The position numbers and the translations under genes were made by a program. Source: Clostridiaceae bacterium (GTDB taxonomy: Bacteria; Bacillota; Clostridia; Christensenellales; CAG-138). From it: 64,000 nucleotides of DNA. The notes under the pieces were generated by a model. That model did no database searches and was not told the origin of the DNA. It saw only the letters and a program-made list of their open reading frames with translations. Below, piece after piece: positions 1 to 8,987 of the stretch (its first letter is position 1; every line of letters starts with the position of its first letter). Location: NCBI GenBank assembly GCA_039683415.1, contig JBDKRL010000006.1:13839-77838 (forward strand), written 5' to 3'.

Positions 1-333
1 CGAAGAATGGACGGTGACGGCGTCTTCCAAACAACGCTCGATCACCTGCTGCATCAGCGCGCGGCCGATTCCTCGCTGCTGAAAACGGCTGTCCACAAAA
101 AAGAGCGAGATATGACCGCCGTTGTTCTTTGTCGCGATCATGCCCGCGAGCGTATCCTCTGCAAACGCGCCATAGATGGCGAGCGCTGATGTAGCCTCGC
201 CGCTGCTGACGAACGCGCGGAACGTTTCGATACCTTCGCTCGAATAGTCGGGAGCAACGTACTGCAGAAACACGTCGAGCGCAAGCGCGAGCGCGAGCGG
301 GCGTTCCAGCGGGGTTAATTCTCTTACTTCCAT
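1..333 (-). CDS. GNAT family N-acetyltransferase (3' end runs off the window)
   Basis: Absent from the ORF track because no stop lies in the window. ATG at 331-333 (minus) with AGGAGG upstream. Translation MEVRELTPLERPL...FFVDSRFQQRGIGRALMQQV carries the GNAT acetyl-CoA loop (QQRGIGRA). Confidence 0.75.
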   Translation of the reverse strand, partial: MEVRELTPLERPLALALALDVFLQYVAPDYSSEGIETFRAFVSSGEATSALAIYGAFAEDTLAGMIATKNNGGHISLFFVDSRFQQRGIGRALMQQVIERCLEDAVTVHSS

Positions 334-367
334 AGATAACTCAACCCGCCTCCTGATTTGTAACTTT

Positions 368-862
368 TCAAACAATCCGGTTCACGAGCGCGAGCAGATC
401 GTTAGAAAACGCTTCAAACGCCTGCGCGAGCGTTTCCGTCAGCACGTCCGGGCGGTCAAAGTCCGGCTCGCCTGCCGCGACGGTTTCGATAATTGCGTCA
501 ACGCCCGGCGCGGGGCTGGTCAAACGGTACTTGCCAAGCGGAACGGCGGCAAGCTTCTGCGCGGTTTCCGCTTGCAGCGCGCGGTTGTTGGCGGCCAGCC
601 AGAGCTCGAAACGGTGCTCGGTATGCAGGTAGACGAGCGCGATTTTGAGCTTTTTATCCCGCAGCGCGGGCGGCGTCAGCGCAAAATACGTCATGTCCAG
701 ATAGCCCTGATACAGCGCGCCGGTAGCGCAGGACGGAAAACGCGCAATCAGCGCGACCTGAAGCGCTGCCATATACGAAAGGATTCCCTTGTACGCGCGC
801 TGGAATTCGCCATCCGAAAGCGCGCCGGTATAGCGGGTGACGGCTTGTTGAAGCGATGGCAT
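368..862 (-). CDS. hypothetical protein (possibly a DUF7000-type family; from memory, unverified)
   Basis: 164-aa ORF co-directional with its neighbours. It has balanced composition, unlike the Arg/Ala-rich shadow ORFs that overlap it. Confidence 0.6.
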   Translation of the reverse strand: MPSLQQAVTRYTGALSDGEFQRAYKGILSYMAALQVALIARFPSCATGALYQGYLDMTYFALTPPALRDKKLKIALVYLHTEHRFELWLAANNRALQAETAQKLAAVPLGKYRLTSPAPGVDAIIETVAAGEPDFDRPDVLTETLAQAFEAFSNDLLALVNRIV

Positions 863-906
863 AGGATTGCCCTCCTAAAAAGAATTATTGTTGATGACCG
901 AACCGT

Positions 907-1467
907 TCAGCCACGCCGCTCTGCCATTTGCTGGAGTGCGGTGAGTGTGTTCCAGTTGCGGACGGTGCCCCGATAGTCCGGCTTTTGCAGTGCTGTGGCG
1001 AGCTTGGAAAGACGGATGCTTTGCTTGAGCAGCAGGTACGCATCCCGCCCGGCGAGCTGGAGTCGGTCGCCGGAAGAATCGGGTTGGTTCCATCGAACCA
1101 GCAGTTCCGCCGGCGGCGATTGGGGAAACAGGCAGACGTACAGACTTTCCGCGCCGGGGTTCGCCGTTTCGGCTGCTGAGATATCATCGCTTGTAAACGG
1201 CAGGTTCCGTATCAGACTGTCGAGTTCGTCTGCTGAGCGGATGACGACCGCGCCGCGGTAACCAAACGAGGCTTCCAGAAGAGATTCCATGCGGGCAACA
1301 AGCGCTTCCTCCGTCTCTTCGGAATCGAACAGGATGTTGCCGCTCTGGATATACGTTTCCACGCGCGTGAAGCCCGCCGCCAGAAGAACGCGCCGCAGGT
1401 CTTCCATCTTCATCCGGTTGCTCGCGCCGACGTTTACGCCGCGAAGCAGGGCAAGATATGGTTGCAT
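907..1467 (-). CDS. DUF1697 family protein
   Basis: Track ORF 907..1548 trimmed to Met28, which has AAGGAG 5 nt upstream. The N-terminus MQPYLALLRGVNVGASNRMKM is typical of DUF1697. Confidence 0.75.
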   Translation of the reverse strand: MQPYLALLRGVNVGASNRMKMEDLRRVLLAAGFTRVETYIQSGNILFDSEETEEALVARMESLLEASFGYRGAVVIRSADELDSLIRNLPFTSDDISAAETANPGAESLYVCLFPQSPPAELLVRWNQPDSSGDRLQLAGRDAYLLLKQSIRLSKLATALQKPDYRGTVRNWNTLTALQQMAERRG

Positions 1468-1501
1468 AACGGCTCCTTGTGTGTTACGGCACGGAGAAAA
1501 C

Positions 1502-1600
1502 GGCGCGCCCGATCGCTTCCGCCAGTCCTGCCGGATTTTTATCATCATTTATGGTTCAAAGTGGATGGCGCGCCCGATCGCTTCCGCCAGTCCTGCCGGG
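1502..1600. repeat. 33-bp perfect direct repeat, two copies (1502-1534 and 1568-1600)
   Basis: ggcgcgcccgatcgcttccgccagtcctgccgg occurs twice, 66 bp apart. The right copy encodes the C-terminal PAGLAEAIGRA of the hydrolase at 1549..2328. Confidence 0.95.
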
Positions 1601-2328
1601 TTATCCCAGGCCATGCCGTGACCGGCGCGGGGGACGATTTCCACGCGGACGCCGTGGTTACGCAATTCGCTTTCGTCGGGGTCGGGCAGGGAGTGCTCGC
1701 CAAAGACGTACGTTTTGGGGCACTGGAGCGCATACAGCGTTTCCCGCCAGGGGATGCTCCCGCCGCGCGCGCCGGAAAGCGCAAACCGGTGCGCCGCAAC
1801 GGGCGACCAGAGCGCAAAAGAAGCGGACCAAAGCGTGCTGCCCGACTGGCGGATTTGCTCGGCGAGCGCATCGAATCCGCCGGAGAGGAATTCCTCCATC
1901 GGCTGGCTCGCAATGCGGCTGCTGAGCACGCCGCTTCCGGCGGTGGGGTCGAGATTGGACTCCGTGAGCACCAGATGCCGGATCCGTTTTTCACAGAGCC
2001 GGGCGAGTGAAATGGCAACCGCGCCGCCCATGCTGTGGCCAAAGAGGACGAAGCTGTCCAGCTCCAGCGCTTCGACAAAGCGGAGCAGATAGTCCGCGTG
2101 ATCTTCCGCGGCGTAACCGAAATCGTCCGGCTTGTCGCTGAAGCCCGCCCCGAGCAAATCCACAAGGATGCGGCGGTGGCCCGACAGCGGCTGCTGCGCA
2201 GCGACGGCGGGGTAGTCCATGGAACTTGCGCACCCCAGACCGTGGAGAAACACGATCGGCGTGCCCCCGCCCGGCAGGTCGTGGTAACGGATTTTATCGG
2301 ACCGGTTGGGCAGAATGAATTCTTTCAT
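1549..2328 (-). CDS. alpha/beta hydrolase
   Basis: Track ORF 1549..2613 trimmed to MKEFILPN (ATG at 2326-2328). Motifs: VFLHGLG oxyanion region, GHSMGG nucleophile elbow, C-terminal AGHGM. Confidence 0.85.
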   Translation of the reverse strand: MKEFILPNRSDKIRYHDLPGGGTPIVFLHGLGCASSMDYPAVAAQQPLSGHRRILVDLLGAGFSDKPDDFGYAAEDHADYLLRFVEALELDSFVLFGHSMGGAVAISLARLCEKRIRHLVLTESNLDPTAGSGVLSSRIASQPMEEFLSGGFDALAEQIRQSGSTLWSASFALWSPVAAHRFALSGARGGSIPWRETLYALQCPKTYVFGEHSLPDPDESELRNHGVRVEIVPRAGHGMAWDNPAGLAEAIGRAIHFEP

Positions 2329-2375
2329 ACGTTTTTTCCCTTCCCGCGGCTGATACTGCGAAGGATCGTCAGGTG

Positions 2376-2939
2376 TTACGCAAGCGTGTCCGCGCGGAGC
2401 CGAGAAAAGACAACCAAGTCCACTACGCCCTTGCCCGTCCAGAAATTCGCCTGCCGCAGAAGGCCTTCGCGCACGAAGCCGTTTTTTTCGAGCACGCGCT
2501 GGGAAGCGACGTTTTGCGGCATCACATACGCCGCAATGCGGTTGAGTCCGACGGTGCTGAACAGATAGTTCGTCAGCGCGCGGACGGTTTGGGTCGCGAT
2601 GCCGCGTCCCCAATACGCTTCGTTGAGGCGGTAGCCGATGGTGGCCATGTTGACTTTTGGGTCAAAGTCGAAGATTTCCGCTGTGCCGATGAGTTCGTCC
2701 GGTTTTTCTGCAAGGCAGATGCCAAGGGTAGCGGTCTTTTTATTGCGAAAGTCGCGTTCAAAATGACCGATCATATTGCGGACGGTTTCTTTGCTCTTCT
2801 TCACTCCGCCGGGAATGAAGGCAAAAACGTTGTCGTTGCGGTAGATTTCATACAGCGCGTCAAGATCGCTCTCGACAATCCGCCGAAGCGTCAGTGTTTC
2901 TGATTCGATCAGCGGCAACTGCGTAAAAGGGCTGCCCAA
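2376..2939 (-). CDS. GNAT family N-acetyltransferase (RimJ/RimL-like)
   Basis: TTG start with GGGAGG upstream. Contains LTLRRIVESDLDALYEIY and YWGRGIATQTVRAL (acetyl-CoA loop). Confidence 0.85.
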   Translation of the reverse strand: MGSPFTQLPLIESETLTLRRIVESDLDALYEIYRNDNVFAFIPGGVKKSKETVRNMIGHFERDFRNKKTATLGICLAEKPDELIGTAEIFDFDPKVNMATIGYRLNEAYWGRGIATQTVRALTNYLFSTVGLNRIAAYVMPQNVASQRVLEKNGFVREGLLRQANFWTGKGVVDLVVFSRLRADTLA

Positions 2940-2977
2940 AGTTTCTACCTCCCTTTGGCAAATCGGTTCTTTCCGGC

Positions 2978-4141
2978 TTAGTTCGCGCTCAGCGGTTCCG
3001 TACCGCGCTGAAACACGCGGATTGCGTTGCGGGTTCGCTTTGCTTCGTAGAGCGCCTGATCCGCATGGATGAAGAGACGCGCTGCGTTATCCAGATCGGG
3101 GTCGTAGAGCGCCGTGCCGAAGCTCGCCGTAAACCGAAGCTCCGGCGCTTCTTCGATGGAAAGTTCCGTTAAATCCGCCTGCGCCAGTTCGCAGAGGGCA
3201 AGAAAGTCGGTTCTGGAAACGCCGTGCATCAACACGCAAAACTCGTCCCCGCCATAACGGTAAACGGAATCTTCCCCAAAACGTGCCTGGAGGACGCGCG
3301 TAAACGCAATTAAGCACAAATCGCCAATGTGGTGGCCGCAACGGTCGTTGACGTCCTTGAAGTTGTCGATATCCGCAATGGCGAACACATACCCATACGG
3401 GGTGATTCCCGTAGTGAGGTCGCGCAGCGCGTCATGCAGCGCTTTTCTGCTGAATACGCCGGTCAGCTCGTCGATTTGCAGCCTATGCTTAAGCGTTGCG
3501 CGTTCAAGTTCCTTTTGTATGCCCGCTTCGTTTTTCTTTTTTTCATAATGAATGATCACCGCGCAGACCGCGCCGCAGCCAAGCAGCACGACCAGCGCGA
3601 TTAAAAAGTCGAACAGCCGCTCCGAACTTTGAAATACGCTGACCTTATCGACATCCCAGCGAATGAACAGTTCGGACACGATCAAGCTGGAAAACGAGAG
3701 CAGCGTGATCACGCCGGTTAAAACATAGTTTGCGTAAATCGTTGTGAGCAGAATGGCGATGCCAAAGAGAAAATACATCGAAACGAACGCGCTGTGCGCG
3801 GTGAAAAGATCAAAGCAGACCAGCGTATACAGGATCGAAACGGCGTAGACTTTAACGCTTTGTTTCACGCGCCTGGAGCGGACAACGAGCGCGCCGATGG
3901 CCACGAGCAGAAAGCTCACCGCGCTGGGAGCGGCAATAAATTTGAGAATATACCGCCCGACGGTCGTTGAAAGAATATCCGACTGCACGACGAGCGCGCC
4001 AAGCACGCACTCCGCGGCCAGCGCGAGAACCGCCAGCGCGATGCTGAGCTTGAAATGGAGCATCAGCCAGTCGTTTTCGATTCGCGAAAGCTCCTGCCGG
4101 ATGGCATTGATATGGATCGATTCGAGGTGTTCCGTTTCCAT
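2978..4141 (-). CDS. diguanylate cyclase (GGDEF) with N-terminal multi-pass membrane domain
   Basis: About 200 aa of hydrophobic helices, a charged linker, then DELTGVFSRKAL...DIDNFKDVND...YRYGGDEFCV. The RxxD I-site position reads FGED. Confidence 0.85.
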   Translation of the reverse strand: METEHLESIHINAIRQELSRIENDWLMLHFKLSIALAVLALAAECVLGALVVQSDILSTTVGRYILKFIAAPSAVSFLLVAIGALVVRSRRVKQSVKVYAVSILYTLVCFDLFTAHSAFVSMYFLFGIAILLTTIYANYVLTGVITLLSFSSLIVSELFIRWDVDKVSVFQSSERLFDFLIALVVLLGCGAVCAVIIHYEKKKNEAGIQKELERATLKHRLQIDELTGVFSRKALHDALRDLTTGITPYGYVFAIADIDNFKDVNDRCGHHIGDLCLIAFTRVLQARFGEDSVYRYGGDEFCVLMHGVSRTDFLALCELAQADLTELSIEEAPELRFTASFGTALYDPDLDNAARLFIHADQALYEAKRTRNAIRVFQRGTEPLSAN

Positions 4142-4281
4142 GCCGCACCTTGCCTCGGCTGAATGCCGATTGTTCTTGCCTTTATTTTAACTGGTATGTG
4201 ATGTGGATGCAACCGCGGCGGTGAACCTGAATGCCCCGCGAGTGATCGACAAAAACATTACTTGATTGGATATATAGGTGT

Positions 4282-4866
4282 CTAGCGCAGGGGGCTTGCT
4301 TCTCTCTGTAAGGTGATCGATCGGGCGCGCCACTCCGAGGCGAGGATTGCGTAGACGGCGTCGTCATGCCAGACGCCCCGCGCAAGAAAACTTAGCAGAT
4401 GATGCGCTTCTTTTCGAAAGCCGAGCGATTCCAACAGGCGGGTCGAGCGCGTATTGTCGGGATCGACGGAAGCAAAAGCCCGGTGTATGCCGTGTGCGAG
4501 CAGAAAAAAGTCCAACAAGGCGGAAACGGCTTCCCGCGCGTAGCCAAAACCCTGATACGCGGGAGACAGCGTATAGCCGAGTTCGATCTGCGCGCCATCG
4601 GGATCAAAATGGACGCCGACGTCGCCAATCAATTCGCCGGAAGGCAGGCAGACGGCGATCTGGAACCAGCAGCCGCTTTGAAACAGGCGCGTTTCTTCGC
4701 TGTCCCGAAGAAATGTCTCGGCCTCGGCTCGGCTCTGCGGCTGCCAGCTTTGATACCGTGCGACTTCCGGCAGCGAACGGTACGCAAAAAGAGCGCCCGC
4801 GTCCGCCAAATTGAGTTGACGCAGACGCAGGCGGGACGTGGTAAGATCGAATGCTTCCTGCGCCAT
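4282..4866 (-). CDS. GNAT family N-acetyltransferase
   Basis: Track ORF 4282..5160 trimmed to MAQEAFDLTTSRLRLRQL (ATG at 4864-4866). The upstream part of the ORF is the shadow of the neighbouring gene. Contains YQGFGYAREAVSALL. Confidence 0.8.
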   Translation of the reverse strand: MAQEAFDLTTSRLRLRQLNLADAGALFAYRSLPEVARYQSWQPQSRAEAETFLRDSEETRLFQSGCWFQIAVCLPSGELIGDVGVHFDPDGAQIELGYTLSPAYQGFGYAREAVSALLDFFLLAHGIHRAFASVDPDNTRSTRLLESLGFRKEAHHLLSFLARGVWHDDAVYAILASEWRARSITLQREASPLR

Positions 4867-4870
4867 TTCG

Positions 4871-5317
4871 TTACGACCAGCTTTGCAGTTCAAGGATGTT
4901 GCCTTCGGGGTCGCGCGCGTAAACGAACGTCGCCTTGCGCCCGTCCTCGTAGACCGCGTGCACCAGCTCGCCCAGCAGGTTCCCGCCGTTTGCCAGCACG
5001 CGTTCCAGCGTGGCTGAAACGTCCTCCACCTCGAACGCCAGATGCGTAATCCCCCGCGTGTTGACCGGGCGCTCCGCCGCGGGCAGCACCTGATCGTAGG
5101 AAAAGATCTCCAGCGTCGGGTGATCCGCGCCGTAGCCGGGCAGGAGCAGGTGCTCGCCAAAGAGATGCGCGTTACGGATGCCGGTCATGCGGTCGAGCCA
5201 TTCGCCGCGCAGATCCCGCGTTTCGCCAATGCTCTGGCAGCCGAACACGGTTTTGTAGAATGCGATCAGTTTCGCGGGGTCGCTCGCGATGATGTTGGTA
5301 TGGACATATCGGGTCAT
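4871..5317 (-). CDS. VOC (glyoxalase/bleomycin-resistance/dioxygenase) family protein
   Basis: 148 aa. HTNIIASDP...HLAFEVEDV...ARDPEGNILEL fits the paired beta-alpha-beta-beta-beta VOC pattern. Confidence 0.75.
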   Translation of the reverse strand: MTRYVHTNIIASDPAKLIAFYKTVFGCQSIGETRDLRGEWLDRMTGIRNAHLFGEHLLLPGYGADHPTLEIFSYDQVLPAAERPVNTRGITHLAFEVEDVSATLERVLANGGNLLGELVHAVYEDGRKATFVYARDPEGNILELQSWS

Positions 5318-5444
5318 ATTGCGTTCCTCTTATCTGTCAGTATTTATTAAAACATATTCAGAAACCATGCTTGTTGAAACTAAGCCGGATGAATATTGCA
5401 GATCTCTTTCTGCCAACGGCGCTTAACAAAACGTCGCCCGGCGC

Positions 5445-6017
5445 TTATTGACGCAAATCCAGCCAGAGCATATGAACGGAACCTTGCGCGGCGATTTCGC
5501 GGTATCCCGCGTCCAGATACATTTGCAGCGTACCGCGGTAGCGCTTCTGCGGGGTTTCCTTGCTTTCGAAAGGCACGGCGATCATCGCGTCGTACCCGTT
5601 CGCGGTAAAATCTTCGATGGCGCGGCAAAGCAGCGCGCGGGCAACGCCTTTCTGACGCCAATCCGGATGGACGACATAGCAGATCGTGCAGCCGACTTTT
5701 TTCTCATCGCAGTAAGGTTGGATGTCGGGATAGATGCGCAGGAATTTTTTTACGTCGTTTGCGCTGCACCAGCCGACGCACCGCGCTCCTTCGAAAGCGA
5801 GATAGCCCGTCATCTCGCCGGATTGAATCGCGGCAACCGATTCGGCGCGGTTTTGTTCGCCCGTGCGCACCATCCAGTCTTCCAGCGGGCAGTCCAGATA
5901 GTAGGAGCGGCAGTAGCAGCTGGCCCAATGCGGTGTTGCCGAAAAATCGACGCTGCCGAGGAACTCCGCAAACGTTTCGGCAAGATCGGGAGAAAGCGGT
6001 TTGATTTCGTAAGGCAT
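5445..6017 (-). CDS. GNAT family N-acetyltransferase
   Basis: 190 aa. YVVHPDWRQKGVARALLCRAIEDF is an acetyl-CoA binding loop. Confidence 0.75.
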   Translation of the reverse strand: MPYEIKPLSPDLAETFAEFLGSVDFSATPHWASCYCRSYYLDCPLEDWMVRTGEQNRAESVAAIQSGEMTGYLAFEGARCVGWCSANDVKKFLRIYPDIQPYCDEKKVGCTICYVVHPDWRQKGVARALLCRAIEDFTANGYDAMIAVPFESKETPQKRYRGTLQMYLDAGYREIAAQGSVHMLWLDLRQ

Positions 6018-6135
6018 GTTGGACTCCTTTCCGGTTTTTGACGTCCGCCGGGGGAAGAAGGCTGCAATTCGTCATGTGCTTTATTATACCATCAGATCAG
6101 ACAAAACATGAATCTGGTTTTTGGAACGAATCTTC

Positions 6136-6186
6136 TTTACATCGGCCCGTTTGCGTGCTATATTGAACGTGACCGAAACGGTCACG
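6136..6186 (+). promoter_or_regulatory. sigma-A type promoter (TTTACA-17-TATATT) plus 8-3-8 palindromic operator
   Basis: TTTACA 6136-6141 and TATATT 6159-6164. The perfect inverted repeat CGTGACCG-AAA-CGGTCACG at 6168-6186 sits over the expected transcription start, 22 nt before the tetR ATG. Confidence 0.6.
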
Positions 6187-6208
6187 AATAGTACGGGAGC
6201 TGGAATCA

Positions 6209-6871
6209 ATGAGTTTTGACGCGCTGGAACTGGAAAAGCAATCGGAAATCCTCAATGCCGCCTGCGAGGTGTTCGCCAAACATGGCTATCAGAAAGCTTC
6301 CATGATGGATATTGCGCAAGCGGCCGGGGTTTCCAAAAGTGTGCTGTTCAAGTACTTTTCGACCAAGGAAAACCTCTACCTCAAAATCTTCCGGCTGGCA
6401 ACGGACGGCATCCTCGCGGCGGACGCAACCGCGCGCGCGTCCTGTCCGGACGGCGCGGACTTGTTTGAGCGGATGCGGAACTCGGTGCGGGAGCGTCTCA
6501 AGCTGTTTGAACGATACCCTTGGGTATTCCGTTTTTCCTACACGGCGGCGTTCGATCCCGATCCATTCGCCCAAGCGCTGGTGCGGGAGGAAATGGCGAA
6601 AACTTACGCGGACTACGAAGCGCGAAAAAAGCGTACGGGTGAGCAAACACTGCCGGAGTACCGCCCGCTGCGAAAGGATATTCCGCCGGATGCTGCGCGG
6701 CAGATGATCCTCTGGGTTTCGCAGGGATTTTTGGAAGAAAAACTGCACGCGGGAACGACGGAACCGAATGCGCTGCGGCAGGAGTTTGAGCACTGGATCG
6801 ACTTACTGGAACTGCTGCTGCGCGAACAACAAACCGAATCCGCAACCGGAGAACAGGAGAAAATGAAATGA
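6209..6871 (+). CDS. TetR/AcrR family transcriptional regulator
   Basis: N-terminal HTH: ILNAACEVFAKHGYQKASMMDIAQAAGVSKSVLFKYF. Confidence 0.85.
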   Translation: MSFDALELEKQSEILNAACEVFAKHGYQKASMMDIAQAAGVSKSVLFKYFSTKENLYLKIFRLATDGILAADATARASCPDGADLFERMRNSVRERLKLFERYPWVFRFSYTAAFDPDPFAQALVREEMAKTYADYEARKKRTGEQTLPEYRPLRKDIPPDAARQMILWVSQGFLEEKLHAGTTEPNALRQEFEHWIDLLELLLREQQTESATGEQEKMK

Positions 6872-7809
6872 ACGAAACAGAATTTACAGTCAAACAAGGC
6901 GGTATCGAGGGAACCGAGGGAGTTCAACATCGGGTGCTCTCCGTTTGCGGCGGGCCTGTCTCGGTCTACGAGGCGGGGGATCCGCAAAATCCCGCCGTCG
7001 TGCTGCTGCACGGGGCGATGTATGACGAGGCACGCTTCTGCTGGGATCAGCTGTTTCCCGAGCTGGCAAAGCAATACCACGTGTTCGCTGTCGATACCCC
7101 GCGGCATGGGGCGTCCCGCCCCTGGAGCGGGACGCTCGAGCGCGCGCGCCTGCTGGACATTCTGGAAGAAACGTTTGCGCAGATTCTGCCGAAGCGGTTC
7201 AGCATCGTCGGCCTTTCCATGGGCGGCGGGCTTGCGATTGAATACGCCGCGCTCCACCCCGAACAGGTTGTTTCGATGGCGCTGTTCGAGCCGGGCGGAC
7301 TGGGCGAAACGGTCACTGGCGAGCTGTTTACGTATCTCTATATCCATACGCCGGGGATGCTGCGCCTGCTCAGTAAGAAATACGTCAAACTGGATCGCGG
7401 CAAAATAGAAAAGCTCCTTCGCTCCATCTACACAGGCGGGTCTGTTCCCACCGACCCGGAGCGGCTGACTGCGATTCTCGAGGACGAAATTCGCGGCAAG
7501 TTCGACAGCGGCGAAAACGATATGGACGACTGGCAGCTCAGCGCAATCGCTCCGTTCCGGCTGAAATGGAACCTGCTTGGCACGATTCCGCTGCTCCGCT
7601 GCCCGACGCTCTGGCTCAGGGGGAACAAGAGCATCCTTGTCAAGCAAAGCGAAATGGAACGCGCGGTCCTGCTCGCGCAAAAAAGCGGCGCAAGCGCGGA
7701 GCTCCTGGTGGTACCGAACGCGGGGCACATCCTGCCGCTGGAACGACCGGAGACGGCGAACCGGGCGGTGCTGGAATTTCTCGGCAGGACAGTGAAACAG
7801 GCAGACTAG
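6868..7809 (+). CDS. alpha/beta hydrolase
   Basis: ATGA overlap with the tetR stop. Motifs: VVLLHGA, GLSMGG nucleophile elbow, C-terminal NAGH. Confidence 0.85.
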   Translation: MNETEFTVKQGGIEGTEGVQHRVLSVCGGPVSVYEAGDPQNPAVVLLHGAMYDEARFCWDQLFPELAKQYHVFAVDTPRHGASRPWSGTLERARLLDILEETFAQILPKRFSIVGLSMGGGLAIEYAALHPEQVVSMALFEPGGLGETVTGELFTYLYIHTPGMLRLLSKKYVKLDRGKIEKLLRSIYTGGSVPTDPERLTAILEDEIRGKFDSGENDMDDWQLSAIAPFRLKWNLLGTIPLLRCPTLWLRGNKSILVKQSEMERAVLLAQKSGASAELLVVPNAGHILPLERPETANRAVLEFLGRTVKQAD

Positions 7810-7822
7810 CGAGATAAGAAAA

Positions 7823-7846
7823 CCCGCCGCGATAAAAAACGGCGGG
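7823..7846 (-). terminator. intrinsic terminator for the minus-strand flavodoxin/FMN-binding operon
   Basis: CCCGCCG/CGGCGGG 7-bp stem. The minus-strand reading is followed by TTTTCTTATC; the plus strand has no T-run. Confidence 0.55.
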
Positions 7847-7940
7847 GGAACGCGCTTCGACCGGCAAAGCGGGATTCGTTTGTTGAGCGGAACCAGGGGT
7901 TAAGCATATTGCCATATGAGGATTATCGCAAAAATACAAA

Positions 7941-8348
7941 TCAAGGCGTCAACGCATCTTCCAGGGCGGCAAAGAACGCGTTACTGTCCGCGGTGGCGCC
8001 GGAAACGGCGTCCACATCCGTCGACTGCGCGGCAAGCACACGGTCAACCAGCGTTTGAATCGTTTCCTCCTTGGCAAACACCTGCGGTTTGGTCTGCCGG
8101 ATGGTTATCATTTCGTGATCCTGAACCGTAACTTCCACGGTATTGCTCCAGCGAAACCCGCTGTAGCGCCCTGTGTATGTTCCGTCGCTGACGGAAAGCG
8201 GGGTTAAGCCGCCGTGCGCAAGGTTCAGGGTTTTTTCCTTGCCCACCAACACAAACGCCGCCATACACCCCGCCAACACGACAAGCGTAATGAGGACACC
8301 GAGCAGCACCCGAAGAAGGGTTTTTAGAACATTTTTCAGTTTGTTCAC
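7941..8348 (-). CDS. FMN-binding domain protein, membrane-anchored, predicted extracytoplasmic
   Basis: Track ORF 7941..8564 trimmed to an in-frame GTG at 8346-8348, which overlaps the upstream TGA (GTGA). One TM helix, then a domain ending in DAVSGATADS (the SGAT flavinylation-type motif of FMN_bind domains). Confidence 0.7.
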   Translation of the reverse strand: MNKLKNVLKTLLRVLLGVLITLVVLAGCMAAFVLVGKEKTLNLAHGGLTPLSVSDGTYTGRYSGFRWSNTVEVTVQDHEMITIRQTKPQVFAKEETIQTLVDRVLAAQSTDVDAVSGATADSNAFFAALEDALTP

Positions 8349-8896
8349 AGCGCTGTTCCTGCTGATTCCGCGAGCAGACCCGACAGGAAGCCAACCAGCT
8401 CTTCCACCGCCGCCGAATCGATCTGCGGCGGGGAAGCGTGCGTTTTGGCGTATTCCTTCAGAATCATGTTCGCCATCGGGATGCCTTTCCCTTTGCGGAT
8501 TTCTCCGCCGAGATGACGGTAATAAACCGAAGCGTTCGTGATGGAAGCGGGAAGCCGCTGCCATAAATACGGTTTGTCTTCCTGCTCCGTGCCGATTCCG
8601 CAGGTGAACAGGATCAGCTTTTTTTGAAGCAGACTCGTTTCGTGAACCGCGCAGAACCGCGAAAGTGCCTTGATGGGCATGCCCATATACATGGCGGTGC
8701 CAAGCGCAATCACGTCGTATCCGCCCAGATCCATCTTTCGCATGGGTCGTTTTTTTGCCGCGCCGGATGCATCGAGCAGCGTTCCGGCAATGCAGTCATA
8801 CCGGTCGCATGCGGAGCCAAACGGTTTTGCCAGAGCATTGGCCGCGTCGCGCGTCGTGCCTGCTTTGGAAGCGTAAACGATGAGACATTTTTTCAT
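8345..8896 (-). CDS. flavodoxin-like protein
   Basis: MKKCLIVYASKAGTTRDAA N-terminal phosphate-binding loop and a YDVIALGTAMY segment. Confidence 0.75.
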   Translation of the reverse strand: MKKCLIVYASKAGTTRDAANALAKPFGSACDRYDCIAGTLLDASGAAKKRPMRKMDLGGYDVIALGTAMYMGMPIKALSRFCAVHETSLLQKKLILFTCGIGTEQEDKPYLWQRLPASITNASVYYRHLGGEIRKGKGIPMANMILKEYAKTHASPPQIDSAAVEELVGFLSGLLAESAGTAL

Positions 8897-8987
8897 ATTC
8901 GATTCCCCTTATCATTCCGGCCGGATTGTCTTGTTTACTGTATAACCGCTGTAAACACGAGGGATTCCGGCATTTTTGCACAAAAGA

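Noticed and set aside
1549-2613. Long N-terminal extensions in the ORF track (e.g. 1549..2613, 4282..5160, 7941..8564, 21673..23442, 23513..24583, 54193..57378, 61193..63358)
   Set aside because: The extensions overlap upstream genes or intergenic DNA, lack an RBS and have odd composition. Internal starts with AGGAGG-type RBSs give N-termini typical of the families, so those were used.
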